From the NCBI GenBank assembly GCA_002772995.1, contig PFCO01000009.1:22876-86875 (forward strand): DNA of 64,000 bases, read 5' to 3'. Shown here in pieces: positions 1-9,171 of the stretch (the stretch's first letter is position 1; each line of letters starts with the position of its first letter). The notes under the pieces are model-generated. The model did not search any database and was not told the origin of the DNA. It saw only the letters and a program-made list of their open reading frames with translations. The translations under genes were made by a program, and so were the position numbers. Source of the stretch: Candidatus Niyogibacteria bacterium CG10_big_fil_rev_8_21_14_0_10_46_36 (GTDB lineage: Bacteria > Patescibacteriota > Minisyncoccia > 1-14-0-10-42-19).

Positions 1-689
1 TGCGCAGGGATAATGCCTATGCGATATCCAAAAAGACGTGACATCGCAAGCACCTCAATATCAAAACCAAATCCCGTTATCTTCATCTGCGAAAAAATCT
101 GTTCCGCCGCAAAATTACGGAATGCCTTAAAGCCGCACTGCGTATCCCAAATACCACGCACCGCAACTATCTGAATAAATATATTCCCCATATCTCCCAA
201 AAGACGCTTATGGAACGGCTGGGCGACTGCCTGTGTCGCCCCCTCCGCATCACGCTCTTCACGGGAACAAATAACAACTTCATATCCGTCGTCAAACAGA
301 GGCCGCATTTTTTCAAAATGAGAAATATCTGTCGCGTTGTCAGCATCCATAAAAAGCCGTATCTTGCCTGAGGCTGCAAGCATGCCGACACGGACCGAGT
401 CCCCCTTCCCGCGATTCACCGGCACATTAATAACATTGAGATGGGGAACATCTTTTTTCATAGACTCAACAACCCCCACCGTATTATCCGTTGACTTGCT
501 CGAAACAACGATAATTTCGTAGTTGTAGCTTTTCTGCTTTAAGTAATCGGCAGTCTCCCGAAGTGTTTTTGGTAAACGTTTTTCTTCGTTGTATGCCGGG
601 ATAATAATAGAAAGATACACGTCTTTTTTTATTAAAAGCGATTTGGGCACAAAGGAAGGTTTTGGGCGTGTAAGCGTAACTCCGTCCAT
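1..689 (-). CDS. Family 2 glycosyltransferase (polyprenyl-phosphate glycosyltransferase-like), 3-prime partial; runs off the window start
   Basis: Manual translation of the minus strand from ATG (rc of 687-689) gives MDGVTLTRPKPSF...LSIIIPAYNEEKRLPKTL...FMDADNATD...GFKAF. This has the GT2 nucleotide-sugar fold with a DxD-like motif. It is not in the ORF track because no stop falls inside the window. Confidence 0.55.
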   Translation of the reverse strand, partial: MDGVTLTRPKPSFVPKSLLIKKDVYLSIIIPAYNEEKRLPKTLRETADYLKQKSYNYEIIVVSSKSTDNTVGVVESMKKDVPHLNVINVPVNRGKGDSVRVGMLAASGKIRLFMDADNATDISHFEKMRPLFDDGYEVVICSREERDAEGATQAVAQPFHKRLLGDMGNIFIQIVAVRGIWDTQCGFKAFRNFAAEQIFSQMKITGFGFDIEVLAMSRLFGYRIGIIPA

Positions 690-696
690 GATAATA

Positions 697-1125
697 TTAT
701 ACTTCAGGAATATCTTTTATGTCTTTCCCCGTCTTTTGGTTCCGCCTGTCCAAAAAACTTTGGAGTATCAGTGCTGCAGCAGATGCATCGGTCTTGTGGG
801 GAGGCGCAGCGCCCGACGATTGCACTGCCCGCGAGGTAAAACTTTCGTTCTCAAAATGAATAGGCAAATTAAAAAACTCCTTAAGATGCAAAACGAACTC
901 GCGGACATGCCTGCTCATGTCGCTCTCATCCCCCTCAAGAGTCAAGGGAAGGCCAATGACTATCTCCGCGATTGTTTCTTTTGCAAGAATATCAGCAATG
1001 ACGTCTTTGATGCCAGGCCATGCGCTCGGGTACACCCCCTTTGGGAAGGCAACCTTATGCCCTTCATCAGAGAGCGCTAGGCCTGCTTTTCGCAGGCCAT
1101 AATCTATGCCTAAGATACGTGACAT
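697..1125 (-). CDS. ruvX: Holliday-junction resolvase-like RNase H-fold nuclease YqgF/RuvX
   Basis: MSRILGIDYGLRKAGLALSDE...ALILQSFLD is the YqgF signature. Start moved to the second Met, MSRIL. Confidence 0.8.
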   Translation of the reverse strand: MSRILGIDYGLRKAGLALSDEGHKVAFPKGVYPSAWPGIKDVIADILAKETIAEIVIGLPLTLEGDESDMSRHVREFVLHLKEFFNLPIHFENESFTSRAVQSSGAAPPHKTDASAAALILQSFLDRRNQKTGKDIKDIPEV

Positions 1126-1172
1126 TGCTTTATTGTAACACACCGCAACAAAAAAACCCGCTCTGCGGGTTT

Positions 1173-1931
1173 TTATTCTATAGTAAGAATTTCATATCCG
1201 TCCTCTGTAACGAGAACAGTATGTTCAAAATGCGCTGCGCGCGAACCGTCTTTTGTGCTGATAGTCCATCCGTCCGGATGAGTGATGATATCTTCTCCAT
1301 TTTCAGTAATCATGGGTTCGATTGCTATTACCATACCCGCCTCCAACCGATCCCCGGTCCCCGCTTTCCCAAAATTAGGAATTTGTGGGTCTTCATGAAG
1401 CGAATAGCCAACGCCATGCCCCACTAATTCCCTGATAATGCCATACTTGAAAGGCGTTATGTGCATTTCTATCGCAGAACCGATGTCGCCGACATGTCCG
1501 CCCCCATGGATTGCTTCTATCCCCTTCATAAGTGCCTGCTCAGTCGCCTGAAGAAGCTTTTTTGCGGCAGCATCTCCCGCTCCTACAATGACGCTTTTTG
1601 CCATATCGGCAATAAGCCCGCCATATACAAGACCCATATCAACGCTTACAATGTCTCCTTCACTGAATATTTTTTCCTTTGTCGGTATGCCATGCACAAT
1701 CTCATCATTTATTGATACGCAGATGGCAGCAGGGAATGGAGAGCTATCTCCCGCATACCCCTTGAACGCGGGGATCCCTCCAGTGCGTTTCATTTCTTCT
1801 TCGGCTATGCTATCAAGCTCTTGCGCTGACATTCCCGAATTGATTGAAGAAAGCACATGCGTCATAACATGTGCTAATTTGTTTCCGCATGCGCGAAGAA
1901 CGGCTATGTCTTTTTCTGATTTTACACTCAT
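1173..1931 (-). CDS. map: Methionine aminopeptidase type I
   Basis: The pita-bread fold motifs are present: ...FKGYAGD..., HGIP, GHGVG, MVIAIEPM. It overlaps adk by 4 nt. Confidence 0.9.
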   Translation of the reverse strand: MSVKSEKDIAVLRACGNKLAHVMTHVLSSINSGMSAQELDSIAEEEMKRTGGIPAFKGYAGDSSPFPAAICVSINDEIVHGIPTKEKIFSEGDIVSVDMGLVYGGLIADMAKSVIVGAGDAAAKKLLQATEQALMKGIEAIHGGGHVGDIGSAIEMHITPFKYGIIRELVGHGVGYSLHEDPQIPNFGKAGTGDRLEAGMVIAIEPMITENGEDIITHPDGWTISTKDGSRAAHFEHTVLVTEDGYEILTIE

Positions 1932-2530
1932 AGGCCGATGGCTTTCTTTAAGTCTTTGTGTATCTGTTGCGGGTCGCGGGGGTTACCGTCGAGCTCAATA
2001 AGTGCATTCTTGCTTTCGGTGCGGAAATATTCAATCGCAGGCCCCACCTCTCTTTCAAACCAACTCAATCGCTTTGCAATCGTCTCGTCGTTATCATCAG
2101 CACGTCCGCGCTCTTTGAGGCGCCTGCCTGCTTCATCCGAAGCAACATTCAAATATACCGGGTACACCCGTGTGATGCCATAAAATGAAAAAGCGTCATC
2201 CAAAAATTGCGACTCCATGCGCGTTCGCGGAGAGCTGCTTAAAATAATATGCTGACCCTCTTCCAGGTCAGCTATAAAACTCTGGCCCCACGCCCACACC
2301 GCAAGAAAGTCCGGCGCTTTTGCGCCTACATCCATAACTTTTTCCTTTATTTCGCGTGCAGTATATGTGCCAAGCCGCATAGCATTACGGAGCTTTTCTC
2401 CCGTATATATATATAACACCTTTCCAGATGTCTCAAGCGCTTTTTGCAGAAGATCCGCTTGCGTATCCTTCCCGGAACCGGGAAGACCCATAAACATAAC
2501 TGCGATAGCGTCTGTGTGTTTGCTCTGCAT
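1928..2530 (-). CDS. adk: Adenylate kinase
   Basis: P-loop GLPGSGKDTQA plus the LID and NMP-binding regions. It sits in the canonical secY-adk-map order. Confidence 0.9.
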   Translation of the reverse strand: MQSKHTDAIAVMFMGLPGSGKDTQADLLQKALETSGKVLYIYTGEKLRNAMRLGTYTAREIKEKVMDVGAKAPDFLAVWAWGQSFIADLEEGQHIILSSSPRTRMESQFLDDAFSFYGITRVYPVYLNVASDEAGRRLKERGRADDNDETIAKRLSWFEREVGPAIEYFRTESKNALIELDGNPRDPQQIHKDLKKAIGL

Positions 2531-2576
2531 AATATCTCCCCTTTAGTATACTATCAAAAAACTATTTTTGCTTTTC

Positions 2577-3848
2577 TTAATATTCCCGCATTACGAGCTG
2601 GGAGTCAATTTGTTTTATAGTTTCAAGCACCACCGATACGACAATCAGAAGACCCGTGCCGCCAATGGTGAGCGCAACAATACCCGTTGCGATTTGCATA
2701 AGCACCGGCAATACAGCAATAAGACCGAGAAAGATGGCGCCGAAAAGCGTTATGCGATTAATAATCTTATAGAGAAACGCTGCCGTAGGCGCGCCCGGAC
2801 GGATTCCCGGGATAAACGCTCCTTGTTTTTGAAGATTTGTCGCAATGGATTCCGGATCGAATGTTACCGCAGTATAAAAATAGGTAAACGCGAACACGAA
2901 TAAGAAATACAGCGCCGCATATATCCATGTCGTATTCAAGAACGCAAGAAACACATTTGAAAGATTTTGGATAAGCGCATTTTGGGAACCCGCAAGAAAG
3001 TTAACGATCATTTGCGGAAACAATAAGATAGAGAGCGCGAAAATGATAGGAATAACTCCTGCCTGGTTCACGCGAATCGGCAAATATGTAGACACTCCTC
3101 CGTATACACGCATACCGCGGATGCGCTTCGCATACGAAACAGGAATTGGCCGCTGGCCTTCAGTGATAAATACAGTGCCCGCGACAATAATAACCGCAAC
3201 AACAATAAATCCGATTACGAGGGGAATCTGGGAAGGGTCAAATGTAAAAATAATCTGGCTCGCAGCGCTTGGGATGCCTGCAACGATACCCGCAAAAATG
3301 AGAATGGAGATACCGTTTCCTATTCCCTTCTCGGTAATAAGTTCTCCGAGCCACATCAAAAGGACCGATGCAGCGATCACAATAGTAACATTAAACAAAA
3401 GGCCGAATATACTTAATTCCCCCAATATGCCCTGCCTGCCCAATAAAGACAAAAGGCCGAACGCCTGAACAGCGGCCAACGGGACGGTAAGCAGGCGGGA
3501 ATACTGATTGAATTTCTGGCGTCCCGCTTCTCCTTCTTCCTGATACATTTCTTTCAGGCTTGGAAATATCATGGTCAAAAGCTGCATGATAATGGATGCC
3601 GTAATATACGGTGCTACTCCAAGCATCATAACCGAAAGATTATCAAGCGTGCCTCCGGAAAAAATGTTCAACAAACCAAAAAACTGGTTTCCCGCAAAAA
3701 ATTCCTGAAGACGCGCTGCATCAACTCCGGGAATAGGAATCGCAGCCCCTACGCGAAATAACGCAAGAATAAACAAGACAAACAGTATTTTGCCTCGCAA
3801 ATCAGCATCCTTTGCGATAAGTTTGAATTTTTGAAACCACATGAACAT
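2577..3848 (-). CDS. secY: Preprotein translocase subunit SecY
   Basis: 423-aa polytopic membrane protein with SecY motifs (GIRPG..., ten TM segments), located between rplO and adk. Confidence 0.9.
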   Translation of the reverse strand: MFMWFQKFKLIAKDADLRGKILFVLFILALFRVGAAIPIPGVDAARLQEFFAGNQFFGLLNIFSGGTLDNLSVMMLGVAPYITASIIMQLLTMIFPSLKEMYQEEGEAGRQKFNQYSRLLTVPLAAVQAFGLLSLLGRQGILGELSIFGLLFNVTIVIAASVLLMWLGELITEKGIGNGISILIFAGIVAGIPSAASQIIFTFDPSQIPLVIGFIVVAVIIVAGTVFITEGQRPIPVSYAKRIRGMRVYGGVSTYLPIRVNQAGVIPIIFALSILLFPQMIVNFLAGSQNALIQNLSNVFLAFLNTTWIYAALYFLFVFAFTYFYTAVTFDPESIATNLQKQGAFIPGIRPGAPTAAFLYKIINRITLFGAIFLGLIAVLPVLMQIATGIVALTIGGTGLLIVVSVVLETIKQIDSQLVMREY

Positions 3849-4288
3849 TATGTTTCACTCCGAACTACTTTCCCTCCCGCTTTTTCTATCTGCGCTTTTG
3901 CACCTTTTGATATCTGACAATCTTTTACCAATAGCTTTTTTGTTATTTTCCCTGAACCAAGTAATTTTACTGTCGGGAATATATTGCCACGCACCTTAAC
4001 AAGCCCACGGGATGCTAAAAGCTTCGGTGTTACTGTTTCTCCATCCTTCATGTTCTTTTCAAGCATCCCTAAAGATACTTCGGCTGTTTCTTTTTGAATG
4101 CTCTTCATGCGATACCCGCGCTTTTTCGGAAGCTTTTTAATAATATCACGAAATTCCGGGCGAAGTTTTCGTCCTGCGCGCGCCTTCTGCCCCTTAAGTC
4201 CGCGGCCCGAATAGGTGCCGCGCTTTCCGCCGCGCCCAACGCGTTTCTTCGTTTTTCGTTTTGGTGCTGTAAGAGTATGAAATTGCAT
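3848..4288 (-). CDS. rplO: 50S ribosomal protein L15
   Basis: N-terminus ...KRVGRGGKRGTYSGRGLKGQKAR... is the L15 signature. Confidence 0.85.
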   Translation of the reverse strand: MQFHTLTAPKRKTKKRVGRGGKRGTYSGRGLKGQKARAGRKLRPEFRDIIKKLPKKRGYRMKSIQKETAEVSLGMLEKNMKDGETVTPKLLASRGLVKVRGNIFPTVKLLGSGKITKKLLVKDCQISKGAKAQIEKAGGKVVRSET

Positions 4289-4293
4289 AATAT

Positions 4294-4788
4294 TTATTTC
4301 TTGTTCAGCTGCTCAAGCGCCTTAATGGCTGCACGTGCGTTATTTATCTTATTTTTTGTGCGAGAAAATAATTTTGCCGTTGCGTTTTGCACGCCCGCAA
4401 AATCAAGAACCGTTCGCACTGCTGAGCCTGCAACAAGGCCGCTCCCACCGGGCGCACGGCGAATAAGCACATGCGCGCTTGCGAATTTCGCTTCAACGTC
4501 ATGCGGAACAGAGTGATCCTTAGTAAGCGGAACGAGGATAGCGTTTTTCTTTGCATTCCGGAATGCTTTATCCATAGCAAGCGCCGTATCGGCGCCCTTC
4601 CCGACGCCAATTCCCACCTTCCCCTTACGGTTTCCGGCAATAATTGCCGCGCGGAAGCTAAACCGCCGTCCTCCGGCTTCTACGCGGGCAACACGGCGAA
4701 GATCAACCATCTTTTGTTCAAATTCGGGTGGTTCGCGGAACTGCCTCCGTTCGCCCCGTCTTTGATTTTTATAGGTTTTTAGAGCCAT
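4294..4788 (-). CDS. rpsE: 30S ribosomal protein S5
   Basis: ...RVARVEAGGRRFSFRAAIIAGNRKGKVGIGVGKG... is the S5 dsRBD plus C-terminal domain. Start moved to MALKTYKN. There is no L30 gene between S5 and L15. Confidence 0.85.
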   Translation of the reverse strand: MALKTYKNQRRGERRQFREPPEFEQKMVDLRRVARVEAGGRRFSFRAAIIAGNRKGKVGIGVGKGADTALAMDKAFRNAKKNAILVPLTKDHSVPHDVEAKFASAHVLIRRAPGGSGLVAGSAVRTVLDFAGVQNATAKLFSRTKNKINNARAAIKALEQLNKK

Positions 4789-4842
4789 AAATAGTATTTT
4801 CCCATAGTAGTGGAACAGCCGGGAAAAATCAATACTAAAACA

Positions 4843-4870
4843 TAAAAAACGGCTCAAAAAGAGCCGTTTC
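4843..4870 (-). terminator. Rho-independent terminator downstream of the 4880-5482 gene
   Basis: AACGGCTC-AAAAA-GAGCCGTT stem-loop followed, on the minus strand, by a T-run. Confidence 0.6.
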
Positions 4871-4879
4871 TGCTGTACG

Positions 4880-5482
4880 TTAAAAGAACAGTAATTTCAT
4901 CAAAATAAAGCCTGCGCCAAAGGTGGCATATTTCGGGTCGCGTTCAATGGTTAGCTTTTTAATATGCGGGGTGCTTTTCCAGATAGAATGAACTACCCTG
5001 TCCCCCTTCACAACAAATGTGAAAGAGGCGTCCCATCCTTCGGTTTCTGTTATGACCTTCAGCCGCGAATAATGAAGGATAAAATTACCCTTTCCGCGTA
5101 ATGTTATGTCCTTGCGCCTTATTTCGTAACCGTAACACTTGCCCGGGATTGTTTCATCCAAACACTCAAGTATACCATTCGGAACATATTTTAAACCCTG
5201 CTCGGAAGAAAAGACATTCGCAGGGAGGAAGATATTCTGGATATCAACATGAGACAGCTTCGTGCAGTTTTGCGCTGTATCGGGATCAAATCCGTTTTTT
5301 CTAAGGTCATCGATAGTAGTAACACCGTTATGAATAGTGCCATAAAATTCCTTTATCTGATTATGGGATTCCCAGTTACCGTCTTCTATTTCCTGCTTTA
5401 CCGGCATCATCCTTCCTGCGCATCCAAAACTCATAAGTACGCATATGCTTAACACACACAACACTACTGTCCGTATCATCAT
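4880..5482 (-). CDS. Hypothetical secreted protein or lipoprotein (N-terminal signal peptide with a Cys)
   Basis: N-terminus MMIRTVVLCVLSICVLMSFGCAG is signal-peptide-like. I recognise no other domain. Confidence 0.5.
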   Translation of the reverse strand: MMIRTVVLCVLSICVLMSFGCAGRMMPVKQEIEDGNWESHNQIKEFYGTIHNGVTTIDDLRKNGFDPDTAQNCTKLSHVDIQNIFLPANVFSSEQGLKYVPNGILECLDETIPGKCYGYEIRRKDITLRGKGNFILHYSRLKVITETEGWDASFTFVVKGDRVVHSIWKSTPHIKKLTIERDPKYATFGAGFILMKLLFF

Positions 5483-5656
5483 AATATGTCACCTCTTTCC
5501 CCGTGCATTCACGCGGCATATTGTAAAAAACCGTTTCCTAGCACAATATCACATTCTTCCCACATGGTCGATATAACGAAATATGTTACGCCATACTTAT
5601 TTTAAAAATCAAATTATTAGACATCGCGCAACAAAACGGGGTATTCTAAATGATAT

Positions 5657-6034
5657 ATGGCCTTACATCCTACGCTTCTTCTTGTCGGCGGCTCAACCGA
5701 ACTCAAGCGTTTTATCTCGCTTTTCCATGAGGCAGGTTTTTCTATTGTGACCGCGGAACGCATTGGAGAAGCGCTTGCAACAACAAAAAAAATGCGCATC
5801 CAAGGAATTGTGTTCATCATTCCGGTATATTGGGAGCCGATTACGCGTTTTATCGAACAGGTGCGCACTATAAAAGGATACGCCGAAGACCAGGTTCCAA
5901 TTTTTTACCTCGGAAAGCTCATTGAGGGGGAAGATCAGCGGATTCTTCAGCGATACGGCGTAAAAACGGTAACACTCGGACCTGTCCCTGATTCGGAACT
6001 TGCACGCTACATCATCAATCAAATACGGTTCTAA
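5657..6034 (+). CDS. Receiver-domain-like (pseudo-receiver) protein
   Basis: 125 aa with CheY-like alpha/beta periodicity. The phospho-site positions are substituted: LLLVGG in place of ..VDD, and IQGIVFII in place of the D57 segment. Confidence 0.4.
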   Translation: MALHPTLLLVGGSTELKRFISLFHEAGFSIVTAERIGEALATTKKMRIQGIVFIIPVYWEPITRFIEQVRTIKGYAEDQVPIFYLGKLIEGEDQRILQRYGVKTVTLGPVPDSELARYIINQIRF

Positions 6035-6036
6035 TA

Positions 6037-6070
6037 GAAAATCCCGCGTAGTGCGGGATTTTTATTTTTT
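6037..6070. terminator. Bidirectional rho-independent terminator between convergent genes
   Basis: AAAATCCCGC-GTAGT-GCGGGATTTT hairpin with an A-run on the left and a T-run on the right. Confidence 0.7.
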
Positions 6071-6487
6071 ACGGATGCGTTTTGGTTTGCTTTTTCGTTT
6101 TTGCCTGCTCTTTTCTTTGGTTATTTTGTCATAGCACTCACGAAGATGCGGGGCATGTTTTTTCAGCAAGTGCGGCAATAGGTAATGCGCTTCAATATGT
6201 CTCGCCATATTCCGAAGCTCTTTCACGGAATGTTTTTTCAAATAAGAAGATTCTCTTTGCAATACCACTTCTTCTTCTTTGAGAGAATCCATCGGGAGAT
6301 TCGCTCCTTCGGCATGATACCACTCGTGCACATAGGTCATAACCAAAAACAATTCTATATTCAGATTGAATACATCGCGCTTATCGGCATTGTCTGTGGG
6401 CAGATACTCTCCCCAGTCCCTTTTATTGATCCACGGAAACCGTATCTCATGATCTCCCTCTGCAAGCGATTGCTGCACTTTATCCAC
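6062..6487 (-). CDS. Hypothetical protein with an HExxH motif and a Lys/Arg-rich C-terminus
   Basis: 141 aa containing ...TYVHEWYHAEG... and ending KSRQKRKSKPKRIRKK. No confident family assignment. Confidence 0.4.
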   Translation of the reverse strand: MDKVQQSLAEGDHEIRFPWINKRDWGEYLPTDNADKRDVFNLNIELFLVMTYVHEWYHAEGANLPMDSLKEEEVVLQRESSYLKKHSVKELRNMARHIEAHYLLPHLLKKHAPHLRECYDKITKEKSRQKRKSKPKRIRKK

Positions 6488-6540
6488 TACGCACCTCCGG
6501 TATGTAAAAGAATAAAACTATACTTTTATTTTATCACGAC

Positions 6541-6576
6541 ACAAAAAAGAAACGGTTAAAAAAAATATGTTTAACC
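6541..6576 (-). terminator. Putative terminator downstream of tRNA-Ala
   Basis: GGTTAAA-N9-TTTAACC hairpin. The minus strand continues with GTTTCTTTTTTGT. Confidence 0.4.
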
Positions 6577-6603
6577 ATAAAATAGAGAGAGAATCAAATT
6601 TTG

Positions 6604-6674
6604 TGGACCTAGGGAGAATCGAACTCCCACCTCCTCCATGCCATGGAGGCGTTCTGCCACTATACTATAGGCCC
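6604..6674 (-). tRNA. tRNA-Ala (anticodon GGC)
   Basis: Cloverleaf reads GGGCCTA/TAGGTCC acceptor with G3:U70, anticodon loop ATGGCAT, T-loop GTTCGATTC. CCA is not encoded. Confidence 0.8.
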
Positions 6675-6721
6675 ATTTTTTAATTCTTGGTCCCTGACTA
6701 TCGCTTTTATAATCCGGCCGC

Positions 6722-7888
6722 TTACATCCCAACAGCACTACGCAATTCTTTTATCTTATTTGTCTTTTCCCATGGCAAATCAAGATCGGTGCGTCCAAAA
6801 TGACCGTAGGCGGCAACTTTTTTATATATAGGACGGCGGAGCCCAAGATGTTTAATTATCATTCCCGGGCGAAGATCAAATACTTTGTTTATCGTGCGGG
6901 AAATTTTCTCATCCGACACAATACCGGTGCCGTATGTATTTACCGCTACTGCGAGCGGACGCGCAACGCCAATGACATAAGCAAGGCGGACTTCTGCGCG
7001 TTTTGCCAAGCCCGCAGCAACGATATTTTTTGCAACCCAGCGGGCAGCGTAACTGCCCGAACGGTCCACCTTGGTCGGATCCTTCCCGGAAAATGCTCCT
7101 CCGCCGTGCGACGCCATGCCGCCGTAAGTATCTACAATTATTTTTCTTCCCGTAAGACCGGAGTCGGCCTGCGGTCCCCCGATAACAAACCGTCCTGTTG
7201 CGTTAATAAAGTATTTCGTACTTGTATCAAGTAATTTTTTGGGGATGACTTTTTCTATTACTTCGCGTTTGATGTCTTTACGGAGCGTTGCCATATCTAC
7301 TTCGGGATTATGCTGAGCAGCAATAACGACATTTGTAATATGTTTTGCTTTTCCGTTCTCATATTCAACAGTAACCTGTGATTTTCCGTCGGGACGCAAA
7401 TACGGAAGCGTTCCGTTCTTGCGGACCTGTGCTAAGCGCTTTGTTAATTTGTGCGCAAGCGATATGGGAAGTGGCATAAGTTCTTTTGTTTCGTCGGTTG
7501 CGTACCCGAACATAATACCCTGATCCCCCGCACCCAGCTTCTCCAATTCTTCTTTCTCCGAAAGCCTCCCTACACCCTGCGCAATGTCAGGAGATTGTTC
7601 CTGAATAGTCGTTGTCACCCCGCAGTTTGCATAATGAAACCCAAAATCAGGATGCGTGTATCCAATATCTTTTACGGTCTTGCGCGCGACACCCACAATA
7701 TCAACATAGCAAGATGTTGTAATCTCACCTGCAATAAATAACGCGCCGTTTGCAGCCATTGTTTCGGCCGCTACCCGCCCGCGCGGGTCTTTCTCTAACA
7801 CCGCATCTAAAATAGCATCGGACACCTGATCGCAAATTTTATCCGGATGACCCTCGGTTACTGATTCTGAAGTAAAATATTCTTTCAT
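6722..7888 (-). CDS. metK: S-adenosylmethionine synthetase
   Basis: [29 protein letters not shown]... with the [16 protein letters not shown] motif. Confidence 0.95.
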   Translation of the reverse strand: MKEYFTSESVTEGHPDKICDQVSDAILDAVLEKDPRGRVAAETMAANGALFIAGEITTSCYVDIVGVARKTVKDIGYTHPDFGFHYANCGVTTTIQEQSPDIAQGVGRLSEKEELEKLGAGDQGIMFGYATDETKELMPLPISLAHKLTKRLAQVRKNGTLPYLRPDGKSQVTVEYENGKAKHITNVVIAAQHNPEVDMATLRKDIKREVIEKVIPKKLLDTSTKYFINATGRFVIGGPQADSGLTGRKIIVDTYGGMASHGGGAFSGKDPTKVDRSGSYAARWVAKNIVAAGLAKRAEVRLAYVIGVARPLAVAVNTYGTGIVSDEKISRTINKVFDLRPGMIIKHLGLRRPIYKKVAAYGHFGRTDLDLPWEKTNKIKELRSAVGM

Positions 7889-7914
7889 GTATTATTTATT
7901 ACAATATATAATTG

Positions 7915-7986
7915 TCTCCCTGGAGGGAATTGAACCCCCATCTCTCCCTTAGGACGGGATTGCTCTATCCGTTGAGCTACAGGGAG
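7915..7986 (-). tRNA. tRNA-Arg (anticodon CCT)
   Basis: Acceptor CTCCCTG/CAGGGAG, D-arm GCTCAACGGATAGAGC, anticodon loop GTCCTAA, T-arm GGGGGTTCAATTCCCTC. No CCA. Confidence 0.7.
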
Positions 7987-7998
7987 GAACGCGGGAGC

Positions 7999-8030
7999 TT
8001 GCATGACACTCTCAAGTACCATACTATAAT
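7999..8030 (+). promoter_or_regulatory. Putative sigma70-type promoter of htrA
   Basis: TTGCAT-N17-TACTAT, overlapping a perfect TATAAT at 8025-8030. The ATG is at 8037 and there is no Shine-Dalgarno sequence. Confidence 0.45.
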
Positions 8031-8036
8031 AGTAAT

Positions 8037-9125
8037 ATGGATTATCAAGCGCAAGTGATTAATGCAATAAAAAAAGTGCTGCCTGCGGTCGTCAGCATCA
8101 CCGTATCAAAGGATATGGCGGATATCACGCGCGAACTTCCTTTTGATATTGAGAGTCTCAATCCCTACGACCAGGAAATACTCAAAGAGCGCATGCGCCA
8201 AGCCCCAAAAGACGAGCATGGCCGTATTAAGGTAGGGGGCGGTTCGGGGTTCTTGGTGTCCGCGGATGGCGTGATACTCACCAATAAGCACGTTATCATG
8301 GACCCGCATGCGTCATACTCTGTACTTGCATCAAATGGAAAAAAGTACGACACAAAAGTGATTTCATACGATCCGATAAACGATATCGCGATACTAAAAA
8401 TAGATGACAAGCGTCTCCCGACGATTTCTTTAAACGCAACAGGGGAGATAGAGCTCGGTCAGTCAGTCATCGCTATCGGAAACGCACTCGGAGAATTCGC
8501 AAATTCCGTATCGACCGGTGTTGTTTCGGGATTATCACGCCTCATCAATGCCACCACCGACATGATGGGCCATCAAGAAAAACTTCGCGGCCTTATCCAA
8601 ACAGACGCAGCAATAAACCCGGGCAACTCCGGAGGTCCGCTTATTAATTTAAATGGAGAAGCAGTCGGCATTAATGTCGCGGTTGTCTTTGGCGCACAAA
8701 ATATCGGCTTTGCCATTCCGGTTGCTCGTGCCATAAAAGACCTGGAAGAGATAAAGTCGTATGGGCGCATCCGGCGGCCCTTTATCGGTGTGCGCTATGT
8801 GACTCTTAATAAAGCCCTCCAGGAGCATTTCCGCCTACCCGTAGACCACGGCGCCCTCGTTATCAACGAAGGGGCACCGGGAGATGTCGCAGTCATTCCG
8901 GGAAGTCCGGCAGAAAAAGCGGGTCTTCGCGAATTTGATGTTATTCTCTCCTGCGAAGGTAAATCCATTAATGAAGAAACGACCCTGGAGGATCATCTTT
9001 CGGATTCAAATATAGGCGAAACTCACAAATTGACGGTCTTTCGCAAAGGGAAAGAACACGAAGTACAACTTACACTTGAAGAATATAAGGTGCCCGCCCC
9101 TCCAATGGAAACAAAAGAACTCTAA
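8037..9125 (+). CDS. htrA: Trypsin-like serine protease with a C-terminal PDZ domain (HtrA/DegP family)
   Basis: Catalytic triad context: ...TNKHVI..., DIAILKI, GNSGGPLINLNGEAVGINVAV. PDZ domain follows. Confidence 0.85.
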   Translation: MDYQAQVINAIKKVLPAVVSITVSKDMADITRELPFDIESLNPYDQEILKERMRQAPKDEHGRIKVGGGSGFLVSADGVILTNKHVIMDPHASYSVLASNGKKYDTKVISYDPINDIAILKIDDKRLPTISLNATGEIELGQSVIAIGNALGEFANSVSTGVVSGLSRLINATTDMMGHQEKLRGLIQTDAAINPGNSGGPLINLNGEAVGINVAVVFGAQNIGFAIPVARAIKDLEEIKSYGRIRRPFIGVRYVTLNKALQEHFRLPVDHGALVINEGAPGDVAVIPGSPAEKAGLREFDVILSCEGKSINEETTLEDHLSDSNIGETHKLTVFRKGKEHEVQLTLEEYKVPAPPMETKEL

Positions 9126-9130
9126 ATAAC

Positions 9131-9162
9131 AAAAACGGAGCGATATATATCGCTCCGTTTTG
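9131..9162. terminator. Bidirectional terminator between htrA and the VIT gene
   Basis: Perfect palindrome AAAAACGGAGCGATAT|ATATCGCTCCGTTTT, a 10-bp stem. Confidence 0.7.
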
Positions 9163-9171
9163 CTTTGCGTG

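Noticed and set aside
167-1080. Track ORFs 167-391(-), 337-522(+), 589-1080(+), 917-1102(+), 1020-1427(+) near the window start.
   Set aside because: They overlap, in the wrong frame or on the wrong strand, the partial GT2 glycosyltransferase (1-689, minus) and ruvX/map. The GT2 frame gives a coherent Rossmann-like glycosyltransferase sequence and the others do not.
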